Shown: positions 40,087-51,311, counted from the stretch's first letter. The stretch is DNA of 64,000 bases from Alphaproteobacteria bacterium (GCA_038131935.1 JAYPQH010000037.1:52262-116261), one strand, 5' to 3'. Made by a program: numbers and translations. The notes: generated by a model not told the origin, from the sequence alone.

Positions 40087-40971
40087 ATGATGGCCAAAAT
40101 TTTGAATGGAAAAGATCTCTCTCAGCATGTTGACAGCCGGACCCAGCAACGTGCTCAAGATTTTCAAAAACAGGCAGGGCGTGCCCCCAGACTGGATGTT
40201 ATTCTGGTGGGTGAAGATCCAGCATCGCAAGTTTATGTTCGCAATAAAGTGAAGCGTTGTGGGTTGGTGGGTATCCATTCGGAAGAGCATCTTTGCGCGT
40301 CGGATATAACCCAAGAAGAACTTCTCAAGATTGTTATGTCTTTGAATGAACATCCTGGTGTAGATGGAATTTTGGTGCAATTGCCATTGCCTGGGCACAT
40401 AAACAGTTCTGTGATTTTAGAGGCTATTAACCCTGATAAAGATGTGGATGGGTTTCACCCTGCAAATGCGGGACTTTTGGCCTGTGGTGTCCCACGGTTT
40501 GTACCTTGTACACCACGAGGATGCATGCATTTGATTCATGAACAACATCAAAAAATAGAGGGTTTGCATGCCGTTGTCTTGGGGCGTTCCACTATTGTTG
40601 GTCGGCCCATGGCACAGTTGCTTTTGATGGCAGACGCAACTGTTACCATCGCGCATTCTCGAACCACCCAACTTAATGATGTATGTCGCATGGCAGATAT
40701 TTTGGTTGTGGCGGTTGGTCGGGAAGGATTCGTGGGTCCAGATATGATTAAACCAGGTGCAACCATCATTGATGTTGGCATCAATCGCATTGTTGAGAAT
40801 GATCGCTCATTCTTGCGCGGTGATGTTCTTTTTGACGAAGTGGCCCCCATTGCTGGGGCCATAACACCAGTCCCCGGTGGCGTGGGACCGATGACCATAG
40901 CTTGTCTTCTGGAAAATACAGTCGATGCCGCCATGATGCGTGTACTGAAAACATCTGTGCCCAAATTATAA
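40087..40971 (+). CDS. folD: Methylenetetrahydrofolate dehydrogenase/cyclohydrolase
   Basis: ASQVYVRNK, GILVQLPLP, KDVDGFH, PCTP, TPVPGGVGPMT. Confidence 0.96.
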   Translation: MMAKILNGKDLSQHVDSRTQQRAQDFQKQAGRAPRLDVILVGEDPASQVYVRNKVKRCGLVGIHSEEHLCASDITQEELLKIVMSLNEHPGVDGILVQLPLPGHINSSVILEAINPDKDVDGFHPANAGLLACGVPRFVPCTPRGCMHLIHEQHQKIEGLHAVVLGRSTIVGRPMAQLLLMADATVTIAHSRTTQLNDVCRMADILVVAVGREGFVGPDMIKPGATIIDVGINRIVENDRSFLRGDVLFDEVAPIAGAITPVPGGVGPMTIACLLENTVDAAMMRVLKTSVPKL

Positions 40972-41039
40972 GATTTTGCATATTTTTATGCTGGATAGGT
41001 TTTTTATAGCTTTAAAAGACCCAACATGGGGAGGGCATT

Positions 41040-41390
41040 ATGCTCATTGCGTTAACCCAATTGTTAATATGCCAACTGATTGGTGAAATCATTGCGCGCG
41101 CCTTCAATCTTGCTATTCCAGGCCCAGTGATCGGTATGGGTATTCTCTTGGTGGTCCTGTTGTGTAGAAAATCTATACCGCAAAACCTTGAAGCTACGGC
41201 CGAGGGAATTTTGTCTCATCTTTCTCTTTTGTTTGTACCTGCAGGTGTGGGTGTGGTGGCACATTTAACAATATTGGGAGACGAATGGCAGCCGATTATA
41301 GGGTCTTTGATTGGTTCAACAGTGCTGACGGTTCTCGTCACGGGTTGGCTACTTCAGCGATTGCATAAGGGTGATAAAGATGAAACCTGA
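41040..41390 (+). CDS. CidA/LrgA-family membrane protein
   Basis: IPGPVIGM, LSLLFVPAGVG. Confidence 0.9.
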   Translation: MLIALTQLLICQLIGEIIARAFNLAIPGPVIGMGILLVVLLCRKSIPQNLEATAEGILSHLSLLFVPAGVGVVAHLTILGDEWQPIIGSLIGSTVLTVLVTGWLLQRLHKGDKDET

Positions 41391-42117
41391 TTTTAATGAG
41401 TTATGGGTTTACCTCTCCGCAAGCCCATTAACCGCCCTTACGATTACGTTATTGGCCTATTTGGTAGGGGATTGGATCTATCAAAAATCTGGTAAAATGC
41501 CGATCTTAAATCCAGTGTTGATAGCTGTCATTTTGATCACATTGGGTCTGACCACCACGGAAATAGACTACTGGACGTACTTTGAGGGTGCCCAGTTTGT
41601 TCATTTTTTGTTGGGGCCTGCAACCGTTGCCCTAGCGATTCCAGTGGCGAAGCTTTTAAAGCGGATGCGGCGAGGATTTGGAGCTCTCATGGTAACGCTT
41701 GTCTTTGGCTCATCTACAGCGGCTATATCTGCTGTGGTTATTGCAGAAATCTTACAAGCTTCTGAACGTACGGTATTATCCTTGGCACCAAAAAGTGTGA
41801 CCACACCAATAGCCATGGGTATCGCGGAGCGTATAGGTGGGTTGCCGTCACTTACAGCTGTTTGTGTTATTATGACAGGGATTATTGGCGCCATGCTTGG
41901 GCCTTACGTTCTCAATGCTGCAGGTATTACCTCTTGGAATGCGCGTGGTTTTGCCATGGGCGTTGCCGCCCATGGTATTGGGACAGCGCGTGCAATCCAG
42001 GTGCATAAGGATGCGGGTGCGTTTGCCTCGCTGGCTATTGGGCTTAATGGTTTGGCGACGGCAACCTTAATTCCTCTTTTTTACACAATATGGCAATGGT
42101 GGAGCAGCTTATCGTAA
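41380..42117 (+). CDS. lrgB: LrgB/CidB-family membrane protein
   Basis: LLGPATVALA, PKSVTTPIAM, AHGIGTA. Confidence 0.92.
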   Translation: MKPDFNELWVYLSASPLTALTITLLAYLVGDWIYQKSGKMPILNPVLIAVILITLGLTTTEIDYWTYFEGAQFVHFLLGPATVALAIPVAKLLKRMRRGFGALMVTLVFGSSTAAISAVVIAEILQASERTVLSLAPKSVTTPIAMGIAERIGGLPSLTAVCVIMTGIIGAMLGPYVLNAAGITSWNARGFAMGVAAHGIGTARAIQVHKDAGAFASLAIGLNGLATATLIPLFYTIWQWWSSLS

Positions 42118-42139
42118 GCGCTGTGGTGCAATGTTCGCC

Positions 42140-42169
42140 AAAAAAAAGACGCGGAAGCATCTCCACGTC
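42140..42169 (-). terminator. Rho-independent terminator downstream of argG
   Basis: Minus strand gacgtgga-gatgct-tccgcgtc followed by eight T. Confidence 0.6.
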
Positions 42170-42258
42170 CTTTTGGTTTTTTACAGGTTATCACGCTCGA
42201 TGGGTCTTAAATTTGACCTGCAGTGAGGAATATTATTCTGCATGTTAACGTCTAGAGG

Positions 42259-43466
42259 TTACCTATTTTTACGTGCAGCGAGCAATTTAAGACGTAAAGC
42301 GTTCAGTTGGATGAAACCCTCAGCGTCTGTTTGATCATAGACATAGTCTTCTTCAAAAGTGACATGGGCTTCAGAATATAAACTCATGGGGGAGGTTCGG
42401 CCAACAACGTCTACGCGACCTTTGTATAGTTTTAAGCGCACGTCTCCAGATACATGTTCTTGAGAATGATCTATTAGCGCCTGGAGCATTTCTCGTTCAG
42501 GCGACCACCAAAATCCATTATAGATCAACTCGGCATACCGAGGCATCAGTTCATCTTTAAGATGGGCAGCGCCACGGTCTAAGGTGATGGACTCTATCCC
42601 CTATGGGCTGCCAAAAGAATTGTGCCCCCTGGTGTTTCATAGATACCACGGCTCTTCATGCCCACAAATCGGTTTTCAACCAAATCCAAACGGCCGATTC
42701 CATGTGCTCCACCCAATTCGTTGAGCTTTGTCAACAATTGAGCAGGGCTTAAGGCCTCACCATCAATAGCACACGCATCTCCTCGTTCAAATGACACGGT
42801 AATATATTGAGGGACGTCAGGTGCTTCTTCTGGAGATATTGTACGTTGATACACATAATCCGGTGCAGGTTGAGATGGGTCTTCCAAAACCTTGCCCTCT
42901 GAGGATGTATGCAAAAGGTTTGCGTCAACGGAGAATGGTGCTTCTCCCCTCTTATCACGAGGAATAGGAATTTGGTTTTCTTCTCCAAAAGCGATTAATT
43001 TTTCCCGGGATGTTAGATCCCATTCCCGCCAAGGCGCAATGACACGTATGTTTGGTTCTAAAGCGTAATAGCCCAATTCAAAGCGAACTTGGTCATTTCC
43101 CTTCCCGGTTGCGCCATGGCATACAGCATCAGCGCCCGTGGCACGGGCAATTTCTATTTGTCGTTTCGCAATGAGTGGCCGCGCTATGGAGGTCCCAAGC
43201 AGGTAGATCCCTTCATAAAGGGCATTTGCACGGAACATAGGGAAAACATAATCTCTTACAAATTCTTCTCGTAAGTCTTCTATGAATATTTCCTTTACGC
43301 CCAGCAGTTCTGCTCTTTTACGCGCAGGTTCTAACTCTTCACCTTGGCCTAGGTCAGCCGTAAATGTTACCACTTCACACTGATAATGGGTTTGCAGCCA
43401 TTTTAGTATGATTGAGGTATCAAGACCGCCAGAATAGGCAAGAACAACTTTTGAAATGTTGGCCAT
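42259..43466 (-). CDS. argG: Argininosuccinate synthase (frameshift at ~42600)
   Basis: [29 protein letters not shown]; adding one G restores [12 protein letters not shown] and joins the two ORFs. Confidence 0.93.
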
Positions 43467-43526
43467 AATGGTACTTTCTTTTCGTGAATGATATCGCAGT
43501 TCCGTAACGTATATCGGGGTATCTGC

Positions 43527-44669
43527 TCAAGCGGGATCGCCTTGTTGCTGCTGTTTTTCTGTGCGCTTGCGTTCTGCTCTGCTCATTTTCTCGGATGCAG
43601 ACTTTAATTGACCGCATGCTGCCATGATATCTCTGCCTCTTGGCATCCTAATGGGGGAGGCATAACCTGCAGCGTTAACATAATCTCCAAACGCTTCGAT
43701 GGTGGACCAATCTGAGCATTCATAAGGTGAGCCTGGCCAAGGATTGAATGGGATCAAATTGATTTTGGCTGGAATATTTTCCATCATTTTCACAAGAGCT
43801 TTGGCATCATCCAACGAGTCATTTACCCCTTTTAACATGACATATTCAAACGTAATACGGCGCGCATTGGATAGGCCTGGGTAATCACGACAGGCTTGCA
43901 GAAGCTCAGATAGAGGGTATTTTTTGTTGATAGGCACAAGTTTATTGCGCAGTTCATCATGAACAGCGTGAAGGGATATCGCCAAATTCACATTCAATTC
44001 TTCACCACAGCGCTGCATTTGTGGGATAACACCAGATGTGGATAATGTGATCCGTCTTTTTGATAATGCAATGCCATCAGGGCTCATCATAATACGTATT
44101 GCAGCTGCCACGTTCTCATAGTTGTAAAGTGGTTCCCCCATGCCCATGAGGACAACATTTGAGATCAACCGAGTACCGTCATTGGGAGAGGGCCATTCGC
44201 CTAGGTCATCGCGTGCAACAAGCAATTGTCCAACGATCTCTCCAGCAGAAAGGTTTTTGACAAGTCGTTGGGTGCCGGTATGACAAAAACTGCAGTTCAG
44301 GGTGCAGCCGACCTGAGAGCTGACACATAATGTCCCCCGGTCGGTTTCGGGAATGTAGACGGTCTCAACAAGATTGCCATCTTTGAGTCTTAGTAGATAT
44401 TTTCTGGTGCCATCTTCTGAAACCTGCTTGGTTACGATTTCTGGGCGTGCAATCACGCATTGTTGCGTTAAAGCGTCACGCAGTGGCTTGGCAATGTTGC
44501 TCATGTCATGAAAGTCTTGAGCACCGTGATTGTACAACCAGCTCCATAACTGACTGGCTCTCATGCGCACCTGCTTAGAAGGTACCCCCAGCGCGATCAA
44601 TTGTTCTTGAAGTGCAGGTTTTTCTAATCCAACCAGATCAATCTGGTCATCTCTCATGTTTTCAACCAA
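43527..44669 (-). CDS. rlmN: 23S rRNA m2A2503 / tRNA m2A37 radical SAM methyltransferase
   Basis: [41 protein letters not shown]. Confidence 0.96.
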   Translation of the reverse strand: MVENMRDDQIDLVGLEKPALQEQLIALGVPSKQVRMRASQLWSWLYNHGAQDFHDMSNIAKPLRDALTQQCVIARPEIVTKQVSEDGTRKYLLRLKDGNLVETVYIPETDRGTLCVSSQVGCTLNCSFCHTGTQRLVKNLSAGEIVGQLLVARDDLGEWPSPNDGTRLISNVVLMGMGEPLYNYENVAAAIRIMMSPDGIALSKRRITLSTSGVIPQMQRCGEELNVNLAISLHAVHDELRNKLVPINKKYPLSELLQACRDYPGLSNARRITFEYVMLKGVNDSLDDAKALVKMMENIPAKINLIPFNPWPGSPYECSDWSTIEAFGDYVNAAGYASPIRMPRGRDIMAACGQLKSASEKMSRAERKRTEKQQQQGDPA

Positions 44670-44670
44670 A

Positions 44671-45171
44671 TTATTGACAAGCCTGTGTTATGGCCCTGTT
44701 CGCTTTCGTGAAGCCACGCAAAGAAAAGGTATCCGTTGTATCTGTCCCACGCGTTGACGTTCCCTTCACAATCACTTCCATGCCACGACGCATATCTTTG
44801 ATAAGGGCGTCAGTTTCCTCAGGTGATGCAAGCCACGCTGCATCATCTTTGGTAACTAGCCTGTATTTTTTGTTGTCAATGCTGCCAAAGGCGCTGGCTT
44901 CTGGTTTGAAGGGATACCCAATGATGACGTTAAGTTCATTAAAGACCTTGTCGTTGGGGCGATGGGCAACCATCATAAAAATCTCTCCCCGATTGACATT
45001 GGTTGGCAAACTTTTTTTAGGTGTTGTGACCATCCAGCATACCTTTGCACCATTCTCTGACGCTTCATATGCAGCCCAATCAGTAAATTTTCCAATTTCT
45101 TTAGGAGCACTATCCAATGCGTAGGCCCCTGTTGCACCAACCAGGGTGAATATCATCAAAAGAATGCGCAT
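44671..45171 (-). CDS. Invasion-associated locus B (IalB)-family exported protein
   Basis: Signal peptide, GKFTDW..Y....[27 protein letters not shown]; usual neighbour of rlmN. Confidence 0.8.
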   Translation of the reverse strand: MRILLMIFTLVGATGAYALDSAPKEIGKFTDWAAYEASENGAKVCWMVTTPKKSLPTNVNRGEIFMMVAHRPNDKVFNELNVIIGYPFKPEASAFGSIDNKKYRLVTKDDAAWLASPEETDALIKDMRRGMEVIVKGTSTRGTDTTDTFSLRGFTKANRAITQACQ

Positions 45172-45225
45172 ATCTTACCTCAATCAGTCACCGTTTTATG
45201 TGGCAGAACATAGGGAGTCAAAGGC

Positions 45226-45492
45226 CTAACGTAAACCCATTTGTTGCTCGCGCAGGAAGTCGTTTATTTTTTCTGCCAGGTCAATATCTTTTTCCGTAAC
45301 TTGTTGGGCATCATGTGTTGTCAATTTCAGGGCCACACGGTTGTAGAGATGTGTGATTTCACAATGATGATCAAGCTTATCTGATGTGATCGCTAACCAA
45401 GTCAAAAACGAAAAGGCAGACGCGTGATCTCTAAAAGTGAGATCGCGTATGATGCTATCTTGGCTTTGTTGCCAGTTTGTGGGTATCCTCAC
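45226..45492 (-). CDS. phhB: Pterin-4-alpha-carbinolamine dehydratase
   Basis: LDHHCEI...YNRV...LTTHDA..VTEKD..LA. Confidence 0.85.
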   Translation of the reverse strand: MRIPTNWQQSQDSIIRDLTFRDHASAFSFLTWLAITSDKLDHHCEITHLYNRVALKLTTHDAQQVTEKDIDLAEKINDFLREQQMGLR

Positions 45493-45579
45493 GCGTCCTT
45501 CCCCCTTGTAAGTCTAGCTGCCTTTTTACCTAATTTCTGGTACATTATGTAAAGGTCAAAGTCCTGCAATACTTGAAAT

Positions 45580-46638
45580 TTAAGGGCAAGGATTTGGTTG
45601 TTGAAGATGAATGGCTTCAATAGCATCTAGAATATCATCATCTAAATTGATGCGAAACGCTTCAAGGTTATGTTGCAACTGTTCCATGGTTGTGGCGCCG
45701 ATAATTGATGAGGTCACAAAATCCCGTCCATGGCAAAAGGCAAGGGCCAACTGGCCTGGCGTGAGACCATGATCTTGTGCCAGCTGCATGTAAGATCGAA
45801 CAGCCTGATCAGTTCCATCTTTTTCGTACCGCTCGACGCGATCAAATAGCGCTTTGCGTGATCCTGCAGGACGCTGCCCATCCAAATATTTTCCGCTCAA
45901 TGTGCCAGCCGCCATAGGGGCGTAGGGAAGACAGGAAATATTTTCTCTTAAAGATACCTCTGACAAGCCATATTCGTAGGTTCTGTTCAAAAGGTTATAG
46001 GCATTCTGAATTGAAACAATGCGCGGAAGACCCATCTTATCGGCGAGCGCAATGTAGGTCATGGCACCCCATGCCGTTTCATTGGAGATACCAATATGGC
46101 GGATTTTACCCTGCTCCACGAAACGAGCAAGTGCTGTAAGCGTTTCTTCAATGGCGATGCCATGATTGTCGCTGTGGCGATAGCCGTGTGAGGACCCAAA
46201 CATTGGGATCTCACGGTCAGGCCAATGTATTTGGTAAAGATCTATGACATCTGTCCGTAAACGTTTTAGCGACTTATGCAAGGCTTCTTCAATATTTGCT
46301 GCATCTAGTTTTGGAAGAGCGTTACCATCACGAAACCAATCCATATGACCTGATCGGCCGATGACTTTGGTTGCGACAATCCATTCATGTCGGGAACCTC
46401 GTTCTTGCAGATATTCACCAATAATTTCCTCAGTGGCACCTTGTGTTTCTGGTTTTGGAGGGATGGCATATAATTCCGCAGTATCGAGAAAGTTGACGCC
46501 AAATTCTTTTGCATAATCAAGTTGATTACATGCATCTTGATAGCTGTTTTGCTGGCCATATGTCATGGTACCCATGCAAATACTGGATACAACGAGGTCA
46601 CTATTACCAAGATTGCGAGGGTTGAAAATGGACGTCAT
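45580..46638 (-). CDS. tas: NADP(H)-dependent aldo/keto reductase (Tas-like)
   Basis: GTMTYGQQN, DTAELY, DLYQIHWPDR, SNETAWG, IQNAYNLLNR. Confidence 0.9.
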   Translation of the reverse strand: MTSIFNPRNLGNSDLVVSSICMGTMTYGQQNSYQDACNQLDYAKEFGVNFLDTAELYAIPPKPETQGATEEIIGEYLQERGSRHEWIVATKVIGRSGHMDWFRDGNALPKLDAANIEEALHKSLKRLRTDVIDLYQIHWPDREIPMFGSSHGYRHSDNHGIAIEETLTALARFVEQGKIRHIGISNETAWGAMTYIALADKMGLPRIVSIQNAYNLLNRTYEYGLSEVSLRENISCLPYAPMAAGTLSGKYLDGQRPAGSRKALFDRVERYEKDGTDQAVRSYMQLAQDHGLTPGQLALAFCHGRDFVTSSIIGATTMEQLQHNLEAFRINLDDDILDAIEAIHLQQPNPCP

Positions 46639-46670
46639 AAAGTTTCTCCAATGTTTCGAAAAGAAAGCTA

Positions 46671-46694
46671 TTGGTTGACTGCATGATCAACCAA
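46671..46694. promoter_or_regulatory. Palindromic operator candidate upstream of tas
   Basis: Perfect TTGGTTGA-N8-TCAACCAA located 33-56 bp upstream of the tas start. Confidence 0.4.
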
Positions 46695-46708
46695 CCCTTT
46701 GGCAAGGG

Positions 46709-47343
46709 TTATGGCTTTGGAAGGGTTTGAACATATGTCCAAATTGCAGGCCCCAATTGTTCAACTATTTTCTCAACCCCCTTGGCATTAGGATGTAACA
46801 TGTCTTGTTGGTTAAGGCTTGGTTGTAAGGCGACGCCTTCGAGAAGGAATGGATAAAATGGCAGTTTATAGCGTTTGGCTAGGTCAATGAAAATATTTTG
46901 AAATTCTTGTTCATAATTTGGCCCCCAGTTCTTGGGGGCTCTTGCGCCAATCAAAAACACCGGCAAATTCTTCTGCTGGCATTGCTCGATGATAGATTGG
47001 AGATTCTGTTTCACAAAGCTAGGTGGAAGTCCCCTCAAGGCATCATTTGATCCTAGTGCCAGCAGCATGAGCTGTGGTTTGTCATTTAAGACGATATGTA
47101 AACGCGCAAGCCCCCAGCCGTTGTATCTCCTGAAAGTCCGTGGTTCATCATTTTAAGCGTTGGGTCATGTCTTCGTAAATGTTGTTCTAAACGTGAAGCC
47201 AAGTCTTGTCCTATCTCCAGTCCATAGCCAGCGGTAATACTATCACCCAGCATTGTGATTGTTCGTGCCTGCACATGGCTAATGTGACCCCATAAAGAAA
47301 ATAGCGCGGCACAAAAAAAGGCGGTGGAAGTATGAAGTGTCAT
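46709..47343 (-). CDS. tesA: Periplasmic arylesterase/acyl-CoA thioesterase I, SGNH family (frameshift at ~47113)
   Basis: GDSITAGYGL, SGDTTAGG, GSNDALRG, DMLHPN; adding one G joins the two ORFs. Confidence 0.9.
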
Positions 47344-47404
47344 GGCCTACATCCCTTATCAGCAATCAACCACAAGATGCCATCAGTTTCGTCTAGGAGT
47401 ATTC

Positions 47405-48070
47405 ATGCAGGACCTTTTGCACATGTCACAAGTCTCTTACAATGTGCCTACGTTGGAAGGTCCTTTGCAAATTCTGCGGGATATCAATTTTTCTGTTACG
47501 CAAGGTAAATCTGTGGCTGTCATGGGGCCATCAGGTTCTGGAAAAACATCATTGCTCAGGCTTGCTGCAGGCCAACACAAACCCAGCTCCGGTCGCATTT
47601 TGTTGGCTGGACATGATCTTACTGCAGCCAATGCCGATCAGTGCGCGCAATGGCGTAGAACATTGATAGGTCAAGTTTTTCAACAGTTCCGTTTGGTGGA
47701 AACATTAAATGCCCTTGAAAACGTTGTCCTTGGTCTTGAGCTCGCTGGGATTACGGCAAATTTTGATGTGGCGGAGGCTGCATTGGTTGAAGTAGGTTTG
47801 GGCCATCGGCTCAAACATTTCCCGGAAACATTATCTGGAGGGGAGCGTCAGAGGGTCGGTATTGCACGCGCATTGGTCCATAAGCCTCAGCTTGTATTGG
47901 CTGATGAACCAACAGGAAATTTAGACAAGGACCGTGCTGTACAAATATTCGATCTTTTGCTGAATGCTGTATCTCAAACAGGTGCGGCCTTAGTACTGGT
48001 AACCCATGATCCAACATTAGCCATGCGCTGTGATCAGATGATTGAAATTTCTGGGGGTTGTTTGAAGTGA
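47405..48070 (+). CDS. ybbA: ABC transporter ATPase (YbbA-like)
   Basis: GPSGSGKTS, LSGGERQRV, ADEPTGNLD; AGGAG RBS before ATG 47405; divergent from tesA. Confidence 0.85.
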   Translation: MQDLLHMSQVSYNVPTLEGPLQILRDINFSVTQGKSVAVMGPSGSGKTSLLRLAAGQHKPSSGRILLAGHDLTAANADQCAQWRRTLIGQVFQQFRLVETLNALENVVLGLELAGITANFDVAEAALVEVGLGHRLKHFPETLSGGERQRVGIARALVHKPQLVLADEPTGNLDKDRAVQIFDLLLNAVSQTGAALVLVTHDPTLAMRCDQMIEISGGCLK

Positions 48071-50445
48071 CTTTTCTTCCTCCTATGATGCGGATATTGG
48101 CAGTTCGTGAGGCTTTAATGCTGGCGCGTACCGCTAAGGGAACATTTGTATCTCTCATGCTGGCCTCTTCATTATTTGTATTGACCTTGTTGGGTGGTCT
48201 TGGGTTCCAGCGCGCTTTGGAGCGCTCGGGTGCAGATTTACTTGGAGGTGACGTTGAAATTCGCACCGTTCATCGGCCTGTTGCTGCCCAGCGCTATGCA
48301 CGAATAGAAGGCGTGCAAGAGATAGCGCGCATGACATCGCTTCGGTCCATGTTGCAGGTGGGTGATCAATATCGATTGGTTCAAATTACCGCCGTTGAAG
48401 AGAGCTGGCCATTGCGTGGTCAATTGGTGACAGAACCTTTGTTGAATGCCAAAAAACTCGGGCCAAAAGACGTCTTGGTGGAGCCAAGTCTTGCGCGTCG
48501 ATTTGACTTAAAAATTGGTCAAAAAGTTCAAGTCGCAGGACAAGATCTCACTGTGCGGGGCATCGTGGTCGCAATGCCCGGTGGCTTTTCCCAAGGTCCT
48601 GTTTTGGGCCCCCGAATTCTGATGAGTCGTGCAGCATTAGAAAGCGCAGGCTTGTTGCAGGTTGGAAGCCTTTTTCACGATCACCTTTTGTTGAATGTTG
48701 CTCCCGGTCAACTTGATGCAGTTCTCTCTGATGTCAATTCTCAGGCGCAAGAAGATGGAGCCCGTGTTCGTGAGCGTCGCGCTGCAGCACCTGCAACAAT
48801 TCAAATCGTGAGCCGGGTAGCGGTTGGTTTTGCCTTGATGGTTGCGGCTGGATTGATCATTGCAGCCTACGGCCTAAGGCATGCGGTGATGACCCAACGA
48901 CATTTGCGAGAACCATTAGCCCATGACTTGCGTGCCTTAGGAATGGCAGAGGCCCTCATCAAACGACTCATGATCATAGCCCTACTGCTTCCTGGTTTTA
49001 TCGCTACATGCCTTGGGGTTGTGCTAGGGGTCATTTTGTTATGGGCGGTTGGGTTGGTTTTGCCCCAAAACATCCCGTTTTTGCCGGTTCTTTTTGACGT
49101 TCTCTTGGTAAGTATTTCTGTTGTTTTATACGCCGTTTGTGTCTCATTGTTGGCGGTCATGGCGCGGCGGGCATGGTGGCATTGGGTGGGTTTGCCTCTT
49201 TTAAGCGCATCCATATTTGCGATCATTTTAGGATTGCAACCCGCCTTATTTGCAATGATTTTTACGTTAATTCCTCTTCTGCTCGAATTCATTGCCACAC
49301 GAATAGCACCAATTTGGGGAACATTAGCGTATCATTCGAGGCCATCGCTAAGGGCGATTGGCCGTGTTTTGCGTCAACCGGAATTGTTGCGCCTTGGATT
49401 TTCCGTGGGGGCTGTGGGTGCATTGGCATTTGCGACCATTCTTGTTGCACTTTCAAGCCTGCGTGCTGATCTAGATCAACGTCTTTCTGTAAACGCGCCG
49501 ACGCATTTCGTTGTCGATTTGCGACAGGTGGACGTGGAGTCATTCACAGATATGTTGCGCGCGCACAACGCAGCAGACGTTAAGGTGGCCAGCATGCTTC
49601 GGGGTGTTATCCGCAAGATTAATGGTATCGCCTCCCAAGATGCTCAAGTGGGATCGGGATCAGCTTGGATGTTAAGAGGCGATCGTGGCATCACATTTGC
49701 TGATCAGCCACCAGAGGGTATTGATATTTTGGAAGGAGCCTGGTGGCCTGAGGGGGAACAAAAGCCGAGCGTTTCATTGGATCAGCGTGCAGCTCAAGAT
49801 TTAGGTCTTAAAATAGGCGACACAATAGAAGTGGATATTTTAGGACAACCCATTATGCTCACCGTCGCAGCTTTACGTGAGATAAATTGGGCTGGGGGAG
49901 GCATGAACTTTTCTCTCATGGTCAACAAAGCCGTCGGAGAACAGTTGCCTTTGGGATATATATCCAGCTTTTCTTTGAGCGAAAATGATATGGCATCTGC
50001 TGAAGCAGATATGGCACGGTTGTTCCCGATGGTTTCTGTGGTCCGGGTCCAAGATGTTATAGCACCTGTGCAATCGCTATTAAACATTTTGAGGTATGTT
50101 CTTACAGGCCTCGGCGGACTTTTGCTTTTTGGCGCGTTGCTGGTGCTTACAAGTGCGTTGTTGGCACAAATTCGATTGCGCAAAGAGGAATTTGAAACCC
50201 GTCGGTTGCTTGGTGCTACAAAGAAACAAATTCAGTCTTTGGTGCGCTTGGAAATGGGAGCATTGGCCGGGCTTGTCCTAGGCGTTGGGATGCTGATGGG
50301 ATTGATAATGGTTTGGGTCGTATTCTATCTAGCCCTTAGCCAAGATATTGTTGTTCCCTGGGTAAGCTTAATTGTTGGTTTGGTCATACCTTGGTTGGTA
50401 ATTCTTTTTCTCGCAGGTAGTCACGCCACCACAAAACTGCGGTAG
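48067..50445 (+). CDS. ybbP: FtsX/MacB-type ABC permease (YbbP-like)
   Basis: LLGGD, AP..FVVD, GDRGITF, G.WW, INW.....NF; GTGA overlap with ybbA. Confidence 0.82.
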   Translation: MTFLPPMMRILAVREALMLARTAKGTFVSLMLASSLFVLTLLGGLGFQRALERSGADLLGGDVEIRTVHRPVAAQRYARIEGVQEIARMTSLRSMLQVGDQYRLVQITAVEESWPLRGQLVTEPLLNAKKLGPKDVLVEPSLARRFDLKIGQKVQVAGQDLTVRGIVVAMPGGFSQGPVLGPRILMSRAALESAGLLQVGSLFHDHLLLNVAPGQLDAVLSDVNSQAQEDGARVRERRAAAPATIQIVSRVAVGFALMVAAGLIIAAYGLRHAVMTQRHLREPLAHDLRALGMAEALIKRLMIIALLLPGFIATCLGVVLGVILLWAVGLVLPQNIPFLPVLFDVLLVSISVVLYAVCVSLLAVMARRAWWHWVGLPLLSASIFAIILGLQPALFAMIFTLIPLLLEFIATRIAPIWGTLAYHSRPSLRAIGRVLRQPELLRLGFSVGAVGALAFATILVALSSLRADLDQRLSVNAPTHFVVDLRQVDVESFTDMLRAHNAADVKVASMLRGVIRKINGIASQDAQVGSGSAWMLRGDRGITFADQPPEGIDILEGAWWPEGEQKPSVSLDQRAAQDLGLKIGDTIEVDILGQPIMLTVAALREINWAGGGMNFSLMVNKAVGEQLPLGYISSFSLSENDMASAEADMARLFPMVSVVRVQDVIAPVQSLLNILRYVLTGLGGLLLFGALLVLTSALLAQIRLRKEEFETRRLLGATKKQIQSLVRLEMGALAGLVLGVGMLMGLIMVWVVFYLALSQDIVVPWVSLIVGLVIPWLVILFLAGSHATTKLR

Positions 50446-50539
50446 CGCGCCGCAAGTCTTAAGATTTTTCTTGAAATTATTACGCATCATGCGCACATAT
50501 ACATTGTCCACCTCGCATTCATTAAGGAGTTTTGCGTCG

Positions 50540-51286
50540 ATGAACCAGTTTAACCGCCAAGCCTATCAAACCTCTAGCCAGTCGCGTGCAGACATTGATG
50601 TCGGTTTGCGCGATTACATGATGTCAGTTTATCGCTATATGGGCATGGGATTGGCCATGACGGGAGCGATTGCTTACCTAATTTTTTCACTGAGTGTTGT
50701 CGAAGTTAATGGCCAGATGATGGCAACATCACTTGGCGCCACTTTGTTCAATTCTCCACTTAAGTGGGTGATTATGCTTGCGCCTCTTGGTGTTGTTTTT
50801 TACCTGTCTGCACGCATCAATGCGATGAGCGCATCAACCGCTCAGATGGCATTTTGGGTCTATGCCGCACTCAATGGTGTGTCCTTTGCAACCATTTTTA
50901 TGGTGTTCACGGGCATGTCGATTGCCAAGGTATTCTTAATCACAGGCTGTATGTTTGGCGCCATGTCAGTATGGGGTTACACAACCAAGCGTGACCTGAC
51001 GGGAATGGGTTCTTTCCTATTTATGGGGCTTATTGGAATTGTTATCGCCTCTATTGTTAATATCTTTCTTGCAAGCGATGCGATGAGTTTCGTGATTTCT
51101 ATTGTGGGTGTATTGGTTTTCACTGGCCTTACTGCTTACGACACACAGTCGATCAAGGAAGAATATTACGCAGGGGATTCATCTGAACTTGCTGCGAAAA
51201 AAGCCATCATGGGAGCTTTGCGCCTCTACTTAGACTTCATCAATCTATTTATCATGATGTTGCAGTTGTTTGGAAATCGTGAGTAA
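50540..51286 (+). CDS. Bax inhibitor-1/YccA-family membrane protein
   Basis: GLRDYM..VY, GYTTKRDL, GLTAYDTQ, GALRLYLDFINLF. Confidence 0.93.
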   Translation: MNQFNRQAYQTSSQSRADIDVGLRDYMMSVYRYMGMGLAMTGAIAYLIFSLSVVEVNGQMMATSLGATLFNSPLKWVIMLAPLGVVFYLSARINAMSASTAQMAFWVYAALNGVSFATIFMVFTGMSIAKVFLITGCMFGAMSVWGYTTKRDLTGMGSFLFMGLIGIVIASIVNIFLASDAMSFVISIVGVLVFTGLTAYDTQSIKEEYYAGDSSELAAKKAIMGALRLYLDFINLFIMMLQLFGNRE

Positions 51287-51311
51287 CGTGATAACGAGAT
51301 CTTCATTTACC

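Noticed and set aside
42594-42605. Programmed frameshifting or phase variation in argG, tesA and others
   Set aside because: Runs are only 2-5 nt, lack slippery heptamers, and occur in unrelated housekeeping genes; sequencing error is simpler
47342-47404. Head-to-head overlapping starts of tesA and ybbA
   Set aside because: The better ybbA start is ATG 47405 with an AGGAG RBS; tesA-ybbAP divergence is already known from E. coli
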